A stretch of 24,000 nt of DNA from Moritella sp. (GTDB taxonomy: Bacteria; Pseudomonadota; Gammaproteobacteria; Enterobacterales; Moritellaceae): positions 50,304 through 74,303 of the forward strand of contig NZ_JABSQR010000026.1 of assembly GCF_013215705.1 (NCBI RefSeq), given 5' to 3'. This document shows positions 1 to 10,092 of the stretch, piece by piece. The notes under the pieces were generated by a model. The model was not told where the DNA came from. It ran no database searches and saw only the letters and a list, made by a program, of their open reading frames with translations. The translations under genes and the position numbers were made by a program. Each line of letters starts with the position of its first letter. Position 1 is the first letter of the stretch.

Positions 1-1035
1 CTTGGTTTTAATACACTGTTTGAAATGGAAGAGCTATCTGTATTTGGTCTAGTGGAAGTGCTGGGTCGATTACCACGATTGTTTAAAGTAAAACGGGAAG
101 TTCTTGCCCATTTTAAACAAAACCCGCCCGATATCTTCATTGGTGTCGATGCACCCGATTTTAATATTCCCATTGAATTAAACTTAAAAGCAAACGATAT
201 AAAAACCGTACATTATGTCAGCCCTTCTGTTTGGGCATGGCGTCAAAAGCGTGTATTCAAGATTAAAAAAGCCGTGGATATGGTGCTCGCCTTTCTGCCA
301 TTTGAAAAAGCATTTTATGATGAATATGATGTACCCTGTCGCTTTATTGGCCATACTATGGCCGATTCCATTCCATTGGAAGGCGCGGATAAACAGGCTG
401 CTATTGCAGAACTAAAACTCGATCCTAAGCAACGTTACGTGGCTATCTTACCGGGTAGCCGTGCTGGTGAAGTCGGACTATTGTCGGCAAGTTTTTTAGA
501 AACAGCTATTTTATTAAAACAACGTTTTAGTGACTTAAAGTTTGTTGTGCCGATGGTGAATGAACAACGTAAAGCACAGTTTCTCGCGATTAAGCAAGAA
601 ATAGCCCCGGAGCTTGAGGTGATCGTGCTCGATGGTCATGCGCGTGAAGCAATGGCGGTTGCAGATGCGGTACTCTTAGCATCTGGTACTGCCGCGCTCG
701 AAACCATGCTGATGAAGCGTGCAATGGTGGTGGGTTATCGTGTTAAGCCGATTACGTATAAGATCATGCTGCGCTTGATGAAAGCACCGTTTGTGTCATT
801 ACCAAACTTGTTAGCAAAAAAAGAAATTGTCGCCGAGCGTTTACAAGATGATTGCCAACCCGAGATATTGGCAGACGAAATGGCCAAACTATTAGAAACA
901 GACAATGCTAAACTGATGGCACACTTTACCGAGCTACATAAATTGATCCGTTGTGATGCGGATAAGCAAGCTGCGGATGCCGTGCTTGAATTGATTAATG
1001 CTAAAAATAATGCAACGCTAAAGACAGGTAAATAA
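1..1035 (+). CDS. lpxB: lipid-A-disaccharide synthase, 5'-truncated by the window edge
   Basis: The reading frame is open from base 1 (LGFNTLFE precedes the Met at 25). [56 protein letters not shown] and [10 protein letters not shown] are collinear with E. coli LpxB from about residue 55 to its C terminus. It is followed by rnhB-dnaE-accA as in enterobacteria. Confidence 0.95.
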   Translation, partial: LGFNTLFEMEELSVFGLVEVLGRLPRLFKVKREVLAHFKQNPPDIFIGVDAPDFNIPIELNLKANDIKTVHYVSPSVWAWRQKRVFKIKKAVDMVLAFLPFEKAFYDEYDVPCRFIGHTMADSIPLEGADKQAAIAELKLDPKQRYVAILPGSRAGEVGLLSASFLETAILLKQRFSDLKFVVPMVNEQRKAQFLAIKQEIAPELEVIVLDGHAREAMAVADAVLLASGTAALETMLMKRAMVVGYRVKPITYKIMLRLMKAPFVSLPNLLAKKEIVAERLQDDCQPEILADEMAKLLETDNAKLMAHFTELHKLIRCDADKQAADAVLELINAKNNATLKTGK

Positions 1036-1036
1036 T

Positions 1037-1636
1037 ATGTATGATGAAGTAATTTACCCTGAGGGGAAACTTGTTGCTGGTGTTGACGAAGTAGGTCGCG
1101 GCCCATTAGTCGGTGATGTTGTCACCGCTGCTGTGATATTAGATCCTAACAATCCTATTGTGGGGCTTACTGATTCAAAAAAATTAAGTGACAAGAAGCG
1201 TCAATTGCTCTTTCCTGAGATTAAGGAAAAAGCATTAGCGTGGAGTATTGGTCGTTGCAGCCCAAGTGAGATTGATGAACTTAATATCTTACAAGCAACT
1301 ATGGTGGCAATGCAGCGTGCGGTTGCTGGACTTGCTATGCAACCAGAGCATGTGTTTATTGATGGTAATCGTTGCCCCACATTACCGATGCCTGCAGAGG
1401 CCATTGTGAAAGGCGATTTACGCGTGGCAGAAATAAGTGCAGCGTCGATCTTAGCAAAAGTAGTCCGTGATGCTGAAATGGATGAACTGCATGAACGTTA
1501 CCCTGAATATGGTTTTGCGCAACATAAGGGTTATCCAACCAAAGCCCACATGGAAAAGTTAGCTGAGCTTGGTCCAACAGAAGAATACCGTAAAAGTTTT
1601 AAACCTGTGCAACGTGCGTTAGGTTTATTAAAATAA
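1037..1636 (+). CDS. rnhB: ribonuclease HII
   Basis: 199 aa. It carries the RNase HII motif [22 protein letters not shown] and the C-terminal GYPT..H motif. The ATG lies 1 nt after the lpxB TAA. Its position between lpxB and dnaE is conserved. Confidence 0.95.
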   Translation: MYDEVIYPEGKLVAGVDEVGRGPLVGDVVTAAVILDPNNPIVGLTDSKKLSDKKRQLLFPEIKEKALAWSIGRCSPSEIDELNILQATMVAMQRAVAGLAMQPEHVFIDGNRCPTLPMPAEAIVKGDLRVAEISAASILAKVVRDAEMDELHERYPEYGFAQHKGYPTKAHMEKLAELGPTEEYRKSFKPVQRALGLLK

Positions 1637-1718
1637 AGTCTGGTGGCTTCGCGCCACTTTACCGTTATTGTTTTTAATTTTATTTTTATCTACTCTCAAT
1701 TAGCAGAAAGTCTTAATT

Positions 1719-4700
1719 ATGGCAGAACCTCGTTTTATTCACCTGCATTTACACTCTGAATTCTCGATGGTGGATAGCTTAGTACGTATGAAACGTCTAG
1801 CGCCCCGTTTACAAGAACTCAATATGCCAGCGATCGCATTAACCGATCAAACCAATATGTGTGCCTTGGTTAAATTCTATGGTGCGATGCAAAGGGCCGG
1901 GGTTAAACCCATTCTTGGTGCGGATTTTTGGGTGCAGAGTGAAGAGTATCCAGAAGAGCAGTTTAAGCTAACCGTATTAGCCAAAGATAATAAAGGTTAT
2001 AACAACATCACGGTGTTGATCTCCAAAGCTTACAGCCGTGGCCATGTTGATGGTCGAGCTATTATTGATAAAGCTTGGTTAGCTGAGCATGCCGAAGGCA
2101 TTATCTTATTATCTGGTGCGCGTAATGGTGATATAGGTAAAGCTCTATTAAAAGGTAATGATGCATTAGCGCGACAGTGTTTACAGTTTTATCAAACTCA
2201 TTTTGCGGATAGTTATTATCTTGAATTGATCCGTACCGGACGTCAGGATGAAGAAGCTTATCTGCACATGGCAGTTGATTTTGCCCGCCAGCATCAGTTA
2301 CCTGTTGTTGCCACCAATGATGTGGTGTTCTTACATGCAGATGAATTTGACGCCCATGAAATTAGGGTCTCAATTCATGATGGTTATACACTAGAAGATA
2401 AACGTCGTCCTAGGCTATACAGCAAAGAACAATACTTACGCAGTGAAGATGAAATGTGTGCGTTATTTGCTGATATTCCAGAAGCGCTGGCTAACTCCGT
2501 TGAAATTGCCAAGCGTTGTAATGCCACAGTACGCTTAGGTGAATATTTCCTGCCTAACTTTCCAACCGGTGAACTGTCGACTGCAGATTTCTTAGTCAAA
2601 GTATCCGAAGATGGTTTAGTCGAACGTTTAGATTTTTTATTCCCCGATCCAGAAGAGCGTGAGCGCCAACGTCCTGCGTATGAAGACCGCCTCAAGATTG
2701 AATTAAAAGTAATTAACGACATGGGCTTCCCAGGTTATTTCCTGATCGTGATGGAGTTCATCCAATGGAGTAAAGACAACAATATTCCAGTTGGTCCTGG
2801 TCGAGGGTCCGGTGCCGGTTCACTAGTGGCTTATGCATTGAAAATTACCGATCTTGATCCACTGGAATACGAATTACTGTTCGAACGTTTCTTGAATCCA
2901 GAACGTGTGTCGATGCCCGATTTCGATGTCGATTTCTGTATGGATCGTCGTGACGAGGTGATTGATCACGTGGCCGAATTGTATGGCCGCGATGCAGTAA
3001 GTCAGATCATTACCTTTGGTACCATGGCGGCAAAAGCGGTTATCCGTGATGTCGGTCGGGTACTGGGTCATCCGTTTGGGTTTGTTGATCGTATTTCTAA
3101 GCTGATCCCTGGCGACCCGGGCATGACCTTAGCCAAAGCGTGGGATGTTGAACCACGTTTGGATGAAATGTATCGAGGTGATGAAGAAGTTCGCGCGTTG
3201 GTTGATATGGCGCGTATTCTGGAAGGTGTAATACGTAACGCGGGTAAACATGCTGGTGGTGTGGTTATTTCACCTACCGTGATCACTGATTTTGCACCAC
3301 TGTATTGTGATGATTCAGGTAATAATCCGGTTACCCAGTTTGACAAGAACGATGTGGAAGAAGCCGGGCTGGTTAAATTCGATTTCTTGGGTCTACGAAC
3401 CTTAACCATTATTCAGTGGGCACTGGATATGGCGAATCCGCATCTCGTGAAGCAAGGTAAAAAAGAAATCCGTATTGAGTCGATTGATATTACCGATCGA
3501 AGGTGTTTTGACTTATTACAGCGCTCAGAAACTACCGCGGTATTCCAGTTAGAATCGCGGGGTATGAAGGATCTGATCCGTCGTCTAAAACCCGACAGCT
3601 TTGAAGATATGATCGCGCTGGTGGCCTTGTTCCGTCCCGGTCCATTGCAATCAGGCATGGTAGATAACTTTATTGACCGTAAACACGGTCGAGAAGACGT
3701 ATCTTACCCAGATGCCCAATATCAACATGAATCGTTGAAAGAAATCCTCGATCCGACCTACGGCATTATCTTGTATCAAGAACAAGTCATGCAGATTGCC
3801 CAAGTTTTATCTGGTTATACCCTCGGTGGCGCCGACATGTTACGTCGTGCTATGGGTAAGAAAAAGCCAGAAGAGATGGAAAAACAGCGTGGTACTTTCA
3901 AAGAAGGTGCGATAAATAACGGTGTCGACGGTGACCTGTCGATGAAGATCTTCGATCTGGTAGAAAAGTTTGCGGGTTACGGTTTCAATAAATCCCACTC
4001 CGCGGCTTATGCACTGGTATCGTATCAAACGCTGTGGATGAAGACCCATTATGCTTCTTACTTCATGGCGGCAGTTATGTCTGCTGATATGGATAATACC
4101 GAGAAAGTGGTGACCTTGGTTGATGAAGTGGAGCGCATGGGACTAACGTTGTTACCGCCTGATGTGAACAAAGGTTTATTCAAATTTAACGTGGAAGAAG
4201 ACCATACTATTATTTATGGTATCGGTGCGATTAAAGGCGTGGGTGAAGGTCCTATTGATGCCATTATTGCCGCGCGTGAAAGTGGCGGTGAATTCTCTGA
4301 TCTGTTTGATTTCTGTAACCGTGTTAATTTGAAAAAGATCAGTAAACGTATCATGGAAAAACTGATTTACGCTGGCGCATTAGATAAATTAGGTCCTCAT
4401 CGCGCCGCCTTACATGCTACATTACCTGAAGCAATGAAAGCCGCGGCACAACACGCGATGGCCGAAGCACATGGTCAAAGCGACTTGTTTGGTATTTTAA
4501 CTACCGAACCGGAAGAAATTGAAAGTAAGTTTGCTGATGTACCTGAATGGCCTGATAAAGTATGGCTGGAAGGGGAGCGAGAAACCTTAGGTCTTTACCT
4601 TACTGGTCATCCAATTAATCAGTATATTAAAGAAGTTAAGCGTTATTCAACCAATCGCTTGAAAGATGTAAAACCGACCGAACGTGGTAAAGTCGTTACC

Positions 4701-5198
4701 GCGGTTGGGTTAGTTATTTCAGCACAAGTTAAAGTGACGAAGAAAGGTACCCGTATGGGGATCTTAGAGATTGATGATAAAAGTGGCCGCTTAAGTGTGA
4801 TGTTCTTCTCAGAAGCGTTTGAACGTTATGAGGAATATATCGCCAAAGATCGCATTTTAGTGATTACTGGAGAGGTCAGCTTTGACGATTTCAATGGCGG
4901 GTATAAGATGACCGCCAGAGAAGTTATGGATATTGAAGCTGCGCGAGAACGTTATGCGCGTGGTATCACATTGCAGTTAAATGCAGAAAAAATAAATGAT
5001 ACGTTTATGGGTAAGTTTATGGAAACACTTGAACCTTATCGTGCGGGTACTTGTCCCATAAATATAGTTTATCAACGCGCCGACGCGAAGGCTAAATTAA
5101 CTTTAGGTGTCGAATGGCGAGTATCGCCCACTGATGAGCTTTTATATGAATTAGAGCTGATGCTAGGGTCGGGAAATGTTGATCTTGAATTTGATTAG
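1719..5198 (+). CDS. dnaE: DNA polymerase III alpha subunit
   Basis: 1159 aa, collinear with E. coli DnaE (about 1160 aa). The N terminus is [20 protein letters not shown] (PHP domain), with GFPGYFLIV and PDFDVDFC catalytic-region motifs. There is no insertion that would suggest an intein. Confidence 0.98.
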   Translation: MAEPRFIHLHLHSEFSMVDSLVRMKRLAPRLQELNMPAIALTDQTNMCALVKFYGAMQRAGVKPILGADFWVQSEEYPEEQFKLTVLAKDNKGYNNITVLISKAYSRGHVDGRAIIDKAWLAEHAEGIILLSGARNGDIGKALLKGNDALARQCLQFYQTHFADSYYLELIRTGRQDEEAYLHMAVDFARQHQLPVVATNDVVFLHADEFDAHEIRVSIHDGYTLEDKRRPRLYSKEQYLRSEDEMCALFADIPEALANSVEIAKRCNATVRLGEYFLPNFPTGELSTADFLVKVSEDGLVERLDFLFPDPEERERQRPAYEDRLKIELKVINDMGFPGYFLIVMEFIQWSKDNNIPVGPGRGSGAGSLVAYALKITDLDPLEYELLFERFLNPERVSMPDFDVDFCMDRRDEVIDHVAELYGRDAVSQIITFGTMAAKAVIRDVGRVLGHPFGFVDRISKLIPGDPGMTLAKAWDVEPRLDEMYRGDEEVRALVDMARILEGVIRNAGKHAGGVVISPTVITDFAPLYCDDSGNNPVTQFDKNDVEEAGLVKFDFLGLRTLTIIQWALDMANPHLVKQGKKEIRIESIDITDRRCFDLLQRSETTAVFQLESRGMKDLIRRLKPDSFEDMIALVALFRPGPLQSGMVDNFIDRKHGREDVSYPDAQYQHESLKEILDPTYGIILYQEQVMQIAQVLSGYTLGGADMLRRAMGKKKPEEMEKQRGTFKEGAINNGVDGDLSMKIFDLVEKFAGYGFNKSHSAAYALVSYQTLWMKTHYASYFMAAVMSADMDNTEKVVTLVDEVERMGLTLLPPDVNKGLFKFNVEEDHTIIYGIGAIKGVGEGPIDAIIAARESGGEFSDLFDFCNRVNLKKISKRIMEKLIYAGALDKLGPHRAALHATLPEAMKAAAQHAMAEAHGQSDLFGILTTEPEEIESKFADVPEWPDKVWLEGERETLGLYLTGHPINQYIKEVKRYSTNRLKDVKPTERGKVVTAVGLVISAQVKVTKKGTRMGILEIDDKSGRLSVMFFSEAFERYEEYIAKDRILVITGEVSFDDFNGGYKMTAREVMDIEAARERYARGITLQLNAEKINDTFMGKFMETLEPYRAGTCPINIVYQRADAKAKLTLGVEWRVSPTDELLYELELMLGSGNVDLEFD

Positions 5199-5264
5199 TG
5201 CTGACGTTACAAGATTGTCGTCATTAGCCATTAGCCATAATATTAGATAAGGAAGCAGCGCCTC

Positions 5265-6215
5265 ATGGCCATAAATTTTTTAGATTTTGAACAGCCGATT
5301 GCAGAATTGCAGGCTCAGATCAATGAATTAAAACTTGTGACTAACAATACTGATGATGTTGATTTACAAGATGAAATATTTCGTTTAGAAAAGAAGAATG
5401 CAGAACTAACCACAAAAATATTCAGTAATTTGAAACCTTGGGATGTCGCTAAGATGGCTCGTCATCCACAGCGTCCTTATACCCTTGATTATATCGAGCA
5501 TGTGTTTACCGATTTCGATGAACTTGCTGGAGATCGTGCGTTTGCTGATGATAAAGCAATTGTTGGCGGTACCGCGCGTTTAGATGGTATGCCGGTAATG
5601 ATCATTGGCCAGCAAAAAGGCCGTGATACCAAGGAAAAATTAAGACGTAACTTTGGTATGCCGCGTCCTGAGGGTTACCGTAAAGCCTTACGTTTAATGA
5701 AAATGGCAGAGAAATTCAACATGCCGATCATTACCTTTATTGATACTCCAGGTGCTTATCCCGGTGTTGGGGCCGAAGAACGTGGTCAAAGTGAAGCGAT
5801 TGCACGTAACTTAAAAGAAATGGCTGGGCTTACAGTACCGATTGTTTGTACTGTGATTGGCGAAGGGGGTTCGGGTGGTGCCTTGGCGATTGGGGTTGGT
5901 GATCGCGTTAACATGTTGCAGTACAGTACTTATTCGGTGATCTCGCCTGAAGGTTGTGCGTCAATCTTATGGAAGTCTGCTGATAAAGCGCCTTTAGCTG
6001 CGGAAGCAATGGGGATCACTGCTGAGCGCCTCAAGAGCTTAGATTTGATTAATACCGTTATCTCAGAACCACTCGGTGGCGCACATAGAGATATACCTTT
6101 AATGGCTGCTAATTTGAAAGAGCGCATTAAAGCGGATCTTGCTGAGCTGACACCGCTCGGGCATGAGACATTGTTAGAACAACGTTATGAGCGTCTCATG
6201 TCATTTGGCATGTAA
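5265..6215 (+). CDS. accA: acetyl-CoA carboxylase carboxyltransferase alpha subunit
   Basis: 316 aa with near-identical blocks to E. coli AccA: [52 protein letters not shown] and [15 protein letters not shown]. An AAGGAAG RBS lies upstream. Confidence 0.97.
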   Translation: MAINFLDFEQPIAELQAQINELKLVTNNTDDVDLQDEIFRLEKKNAELTTKIFSNLKPWDVAKMARHPQRPYTLDYIEHVFTDFDELAGDRAFADDKAIVGGTARLDGMPVMIIGQQKGRDTKEKLRRNFGMPRPEGYRKALRLMKMAEKFNMPIITFIDTPGAYPGVGAEERGQSEAIARNLKEMAGLTVPIVCTVIGEGGSGGALAIGVGDRVNMLQYSTYSVISPEGCASILWKSADKAPLAAEAMGITAERLKSLDLINTVISEPLGGAHRDIPLMAANLKERIKADLAELTPLGHETLLEQRYERLMSFGM

Positions 6216-6263
6216 GCGGCTATAACGATACATTGTTATAACGCTAATCGAATAATCTTGATT

Positions 6264-6294
6264 AAACCGCTGATAGCTTATTAGCGGTTTTTTT
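6264..6294 (+). terminator. intrinsic terminator downstream of accA
   Basis: AAACCGCTGATA / TATTAGCGGTTT forms a 12-bp stem (one G-U pair) with a 3-nt loop. It runs into a T7 tract (6288-6294), 49 nt after the accA stop. Confidence 0.8.
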
Positions 6295-6339
6295 ATATCT
6301 ATCACTTTTCGGTATATACTGTTCTGGTCTATTCTAACT

Positions 6340-7773
6340 GTGATGATAACTGTGGTTACTAACGTCGATCTCTTCTCAACATTTCAGCACGCGTTACACT
6401 CGTTAACGACAAAACCGATGCAGATTGTACTTGCCTATAGCGGTGGTCTTGATTCTCATGTGTTATTGCATTTACTAGCTCGCTATCAACAGCTATATCC
6501 ACAACACGCTTATCTTGCGGTACATGTGCACCATGGCTTAAGTGACAATGCGGATACTTGGTTAGACCATTGCCAGCAAACTGCTGCGGCGTTAGGCATT
6601 AATTTTATCGCTGAAAAGGTGGTGCTTAATGTTGGCAGTCGAGAAAGTTTAGAAGCACAAGCGCGCACCGCCCGTTATCAAGCGATAGCAAAACATCTCA
6701 ATGATGGATCGTTATTATTACTTGGCCAGCATCTTGATGATCAGCTTGAAACATTTTTGTTGCAGCTTAAGCGTGGTGCCGGTGTAAAAGGCTTGTCAGC
6801 AATGGCTGCTCAGATGCCTTTTTCATTACAAGAAAACTGCCAAATAGTTCGTCCTTTATTGATCCATCCGCAACAAGCGCTGGTGGACTATGCCAGCCAA
6901 GTACCATTATCTTGGGTAGAAGATGAAAGCAATAATGACCAGAATTATGATCGTAACTTCTTACGCCATCAAATTATTCCTAGCTTAAAACAGCGTTGGC
7001 CGGGTATTGCGCATGCCGTGCATCGCAGCGCAGAGCTCTGCGCTGAGCAGCAGGCATTAGCAGATGAAATTGCAGAAATAGATTTAGTGACTTGTGCGCA
7101 TTCTTTGAGTGGATTAAATATTGCGGAATTAGCTAAATTATCAAAAATTCGCCGTAACAATGTTATTCGTTTTTGGCTTGCTGCTCAACAACTACCGATG
7201 CCAAGCCGTCACCATTTAGATAAAGTATGGTTAGAAGTAGTGAATGCCGTTGATGATGCTAATCCACAATTGAGCTGGCAGGCCGGTGAGTTTCGCCGTT
7301 ATCAAGGCGTGCTTTATAATCAACAGAAATACGCGGAGCTAAAAGATGTCGTGATAAGGCTTGAACATACTAAATATCAACGTATTGTGTTACCGGACAA
7401 TATCGGTTTTTTGCACTTACAAGACGCGTTACAAGCGACTACACAAGACTGCAATGGTGCTGATACTGATACTGATACTGATACTGGTAATGTAATTGAT
7501 GAAGATGCCAGAGCTATTTGTTTGAAAGCGCCACTCGCTCATGAAAAGGTCACAATTCGTTTCCGCGGCGAGGGTAAGTGCCACCCTGTTGGACGTAGTG
7601 GCTCGCGCAGTATTAAAAAGTTATACCAAGAATATCAGGTAGCACCTTGGTTACGCGATCGTATCCCATTAATCTATTATGGCGAAGAACTGGTGTGTGC
7701 GGTTGGACTTTGGATTTGCAAAGGGTACGAAGCGCAAGACGGCTTATGTTGGTATGTCACTCGTGAGCGATAG
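6340..7773 (+). CDS. tilS: tRNA(Ile)-lysidine synthase
   Basis: 477 aa. The N-terminal PP-loop LAYSGGLDSHVLLHLL, the LGQHLDDQLETFLLQLKRG block and a TilS C-terminal domain are present. The start is GTG 6340 or the adjacent ATG 6343. Its position after accA matches E. coli. Confidence 0.93.
   Translation: MMITVVTNVDLFSTFQHALHSLTTKPMQIVLAYSGGLDSHVLLHLLARYQQLYPQHAYLAVHVHHGLSDNADTWLDHCQQTAAALGINFIAEKVVLNVGSRESLEAQARTARYQAIAKHLNDGSLLLLGQHLDDQLETFLLQLKRGAGVKGLSAMAAQMPFSLQENCQIVRPLLIHPQQALVDYASQVPLSWVEDESNNDQNYDRNFLRHQIIPSLKQRWPGIAHAVHRSAELCAEQQALADEIAEIDLVTCAHSLSGLNIAELAKLSKIRRNNVIRFWLAAQQLPMPSRHHLDKVWLEVVNAVDDANPQLSWQAGEFRRYQGVLYNQQKYAELKDVVIRLEHTKYQRIVLPDNIGFLHLQDALQATTQDCNGADTDTDTDTGNVIDEDARAICLKAPLAHEKVTIRFRGEGKCHPVGRSGSRSIKKLYQEYQVAPWLRDRIPLIYYGEELVCAVGLWICKGYEAQDGLCWYVTRER
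7460..7486 (+). repeat. perfect in-frame hexanucleotide microsatellite (GATACT)x4 with flanking partial units, inside tilS
   Basis: Read directly as ct gatact gatact gatact gatact g. It encodes ADTDTDTDTG within an acidic insertion of TilS. Confidence 0.95.
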
Positions 7774-7823
7774 GATGATATGAAAGTATATGATGAGAGT
7801 ATGGAATAATTTGAGTTAGTCAT

Positions 7824-7853
7824 CAAAAAGCAGATGAATAAATCCATCTGCTT
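7824..7853 (-). terminator. intrinsic terminator for hutZ, possibly weakly bidirectional for tilS
   Basis: A 9-bp stem AAGCAGATG (7828-7836) / CATCTGCTT (7845-7853) has an 8-nt loop. On the minus strand the stem runs into TTTTT (plus-strand A run 7825-7829). It sits between the convergent tilS and hutZ stops. Confidence 0.65.
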
Positions 7854-7899
7854 CTATATCTATTTAAAGCTATATTTGTATCTTATCTTGAACTGGTGA

Positions 7900-8433
7900 T
7901 TAAGCTTTAACTTCTTCTTTGACCTGCTGATGACCTTTTTCTAGGTGCACGAAGTCAATATCGTCATTACCGTTAACTGTATATGCTTTACCGAACCCCC
8001 TCACGTAGCGACCTGTTTGTGGTTCGATACGGAATAGACGGAAATCACTTAGCCCGCTTAGGTTAGTAATAATTTCACCAAAACGCGCTTCTAATGCTGG
8101 GATAGCCTGTGCCCATGTATTACTTTCACGATCAATCACTTCAGCGTTGGCTTTGTATGTTAGACGATGGCGGGCAAAGATTTGTTTAGCGCCTTGCTCA
8201 TCTTCTAATAGCATGAAAGACAGATTCGGATTCGCGAGTAAATTCTGGGTATGCTCAGCAATTTCACTGATTAAAATGTAGTAACCATCTGCTAAACGTA
8301 CAAAGGGTGCGTAACTAATATGTGGAAATCCATCTGCGCTTAATGTTGATAAAATTAACGTTTGACGCTCTTCTCTAAATTCTGCAATTTTTGGTTGCAA
8401 GCGATTCTCTAAGCGTTCTTGTTTGTTCATCAT
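7900..8433 (-). CDS. hutZ: heme-degrading / heme-binding protein HutZ (HugZ family, pyridoxamine-5'-phosphate-oxidase-like fold)
   Basis: 177 aa. KQERLENRLQPKIAEFREERQTL, ISYAPFV, FARHRLT, RFGEII, GFGKAY and DFVHLEKGH are collinear with Vibrio cholerae HutZ as I recall it. It lies immediately downstream of hutX. Confidence 0.88.
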   Translation of the reverse strand: MMNKQERLENRLQPKIAEFREERQTLILSTLSADGFPHISYAPFVRLADGYYILISEIAEHTQNLLANPNLSFMLLEDEQGAKQIFARHRLTYKANAEVIDRESNTWAQAIPALEARFGEIITNLSGLSDFRLFRIEPQTGRYVRGFGKAYTVNGNDDIDFVHLEKGHQQVKEEVKA

Positions 8434-8463
8434 AATGACCTTCGTGTCTTCTGTTATTGATGT

Positions 8464-9003
8464 TTAATTGGTAACGATCGCAATTGTTTCGTTGTTTGCG
8501 GTTGTCGTTGATAGAGCATTAAAGCGTGCTATTTGTTCCGGAATTACTTGACCATCTTTATCTCGGCCAAGGTAAATCTTAAATATGCTGTTACCTTGAT
8601 GGTCAAAGAACTGTACGCAATAACTTAATTTACCCTGAATGGTAGGTGTAAGCAGGGCAATTTCGGATATATTGTTAAGTTTTAAGTGGCCTTGTAAACC
8701 CTCACTGTCGTGGGATAAATTGTAATAACCGTAAGCATTTTTGCCTTTTGGGAACGGTGCTTTTACTTCAAATACAAAACCTGATACTTCGATAATACAA
8801 GTCACTTTCCCCCAGTCTGCGATCTCGGTTAATAAGTCTTGCGCTTGTTCAGCTGGCAACATAGTGACTTCTTGCTCAGGTGGTAATGCTTGGATCACCT
8901 GTAATTCAGTGCAGTTAAGTTTAAGTGCAACTTCAATGCTTCTTAATCGAGGTTGCTCTGCCTTTAACTGGCGAATTTCATTGCGGGTAGTGTTTTCTTG
9001 CAT
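8464..9003 (-). CDS. hutX: heme utilisation cytosolic carrier protein HutX (ChuX-like)
   Basis: 179 aa. FEVKAPFPKGKNAYGYYNL, LQGHLKLNNIS, FKIYLGRDK and IPEQIARF match the HutX/ChuX family signature blocks. An AAGGG RBS lies 9 nt upstream of the ATG. Confidence 0.88.
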   Translation of the reverse strand: MQENTTRNEIRQLKAEQPRLRSIEVALKLNCTELQVIQALPPEQEVTMLPAEQAQDLLTEIADWGKVTCIIEVSGFVFEVKAPFPKGKNAYGYYNLSHDSEGLQGHLKLNNISEIALLTPTIQGKLSYCVQFFDHQGNSIFKIYLGRDKDGQVIPEQIARFNALSTTTANNETIAIVTN

Positions 9004-9224
9004 ACTGTTTAGCCCTTTAAATGACCGATCGTTGAAGTGATACTAGCAGGTTAATATAGGTGAAGTGATAATGCAACCGGTTCGCATTTGCATTTGCATT
9101 GTCGGGGTTTGTTATTTACACTGTCGAGCGAATATGAGTTAAATTAAAATACTGTTGTTGAATCTCAATATGTATCTTTATTTAACTATAAACATTATTA
9201 AACTAACACTGGGTTGGAATTAAG
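9004..9224. promoter_or_regulatory. divergent hutXZ / hutBCD promoter-operator region with degenerate Fur-box-like sites
   Basis: This is a 221-bp AT-rich spacer between divergent start codons. Against the 19-bp consensus GATAATGATAATCATTATC, the best hand-aligned matches are 9181-9199 (TTTAACTATAAACATTATT, 13/19) and 9067-9085 (GATAATGCAACCGGTTCGC, 11/19). It also contains direct and inverted repeats (see findings). No perfect Fur box is present. Confidence 0.45.
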
Positions 9225-10076
9225 ATGAATAAGGTTTGGATTAGCGTTTGCTGTTTATTATTGTCATTCGGTAGCGTGGCTGGAGACCGTATCATTAGTG
9301 CGGGCGCGGGTGTTACTGAATTATTAATAGCCTTGGACAAACAAGATGATCTGGTTGCTGTCGATTTGACTAGTCGCTATCCGGCCGTATCGAAATTACC
9401 TGTGGTTGGTTATCACCGCCAATTGTCTGCAGAAGGGCTATTATCATTAGCACCAGATACCTTGATTGGTAGTAGTGAAATGGGCCCGCAATCCACACTT
9501 GATCTGTTAGTACAAAGTGGTGTCGAGGTGCTGGTATTACCGACCGAAACAACTACAAAAAATTTGCTTGATACCATTACCTTACTCGGTGATAAATTAG
9601 ATCGGAAAGTACAAGCTAAACAATTAATTAGCAAGCTTGAACATGACATTAACCAGTTAGAAAAAAATCAACAACAAATCAATACACCTAAAAAAATGTT
9701 GTTCTTATTGTTGAATGATAAAGGTACTTACACGGCCGCAGGCAGTAATACGACTGCACATTCGGTGATGACATTAGCCGGCGCGGTTAATCCAGCCGCA
9801 GAGCTAAATTCTTATCAGGCATTATCCGCGGAAGCATTCTTAGCGATGGCGCCAGAAAGTATTTTAGTCAGTGGCCGCCATTGGAAGAAATATCAAGATC
9901 TCGATACCTTAATGGCAGCAATGCCATTATTAGCACAAACGCCTGCGGGTCGTAATAAAGCGATTTATGTGATTGATGGCAAAGCGCTAATCGGTGGCTT
10001 AGGCTTGAATAGTATTGAGCAGGCCAAGCAGTTACAGCGTAAGTTATACCCGCACTTATCTGCTAATTTAGATTAA
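9225..10076 (+). CDS. hutB: hemin ABC transporter periplasmic substrate-binding protein
   Basis: 283 aa. It has the signal peptide MNKVWISVCCLLLSFGSVAG and a class-8 (HmuT/ChuT-like) binding-protein pattern: ISAGAGVTELLIAL, LVAVDLTSRYP, LPVVGYHRQLSAEGLLSLAPD. It is adjacent to a FecCD permease and an ATPase, and divergent from hutXZ. Confidence 0.85.
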   Translation: MNKVWISVCCLLLSFGSVAGDRIISAGAGVTELLIALDKQDDLVAVDLTSRYPAVSKLPVVGYHRQLSAEGLLSLAPDTLIGSSEMGPQSTLDLLVQSGVEVLVLPTETTTKNLLDTITLLGDKLDRKVQAKQLISKLEHDINQLEKNQQQINTPKKMLFLLLNDKGTYTAAGSNTTAHSVMTLAGAVNPAAELNSYQALSAEAFLAMAPESILVSGRHWKKYQDLDTLMAAMPLLAQTPAGRNKAIYVIDGKALIGGLGLNSIEQAKQLQRKLYPHLSANLD

Positions 10077-10092
10077 TTGATAAAGGGTACCT

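Noticed and set aside
735-1106. 123-aa minus-strand ORF antisense to the lpxB/rnhB junction. Similar antisense ORFs lie inside dnaE (2384-2722, 3068-3409, 3413-3658).
   Set aside because: All lie entirely within, and antisense to, genes with unambiguous homology. Their translations are low-complexity and Ser/Arg-rich with no recognisable motifs or RBS, which is typical of shadow ORFs.
1643-1660. GTGGC/GCCAC hairpin followed by TTT after rnhB, considered as a terminator.
   Set aside because: The stem is only 5 bp and the T run is 3 nt, which is too weak to call. rnhB-dnaE read-through is more plausible.
5222-5238. Tandem CATTAGC CATTAGC CAT in the dnaE-accA spacer.
   Set aside because: It has only about 2.4 copies of a 7-mer and is not repeated elsewhere in the window. 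That is insufficient to call a functional repeat.
7780-7809. 9-codon mini-ORF (MKVYDESME) just after the tilS stop, with an AGGA 4 nt upstream.
   Set aside because: It is too short, the RBS spacing is too tight, and it sits between a stop codon and a terminator. I judge it most likely chance. Only conservation or ribosome profiling could rescue it.
8741-9040. 99-aa + strand ORF antisense to hutX. There is also a 103-aa + strand ORF (20806-21117) and a 73-aa ORF (20202-20423) antisense to lptD.
   Set aside because: These are shadow ORFs within well-supported genes, and their translations have no recognisable features.
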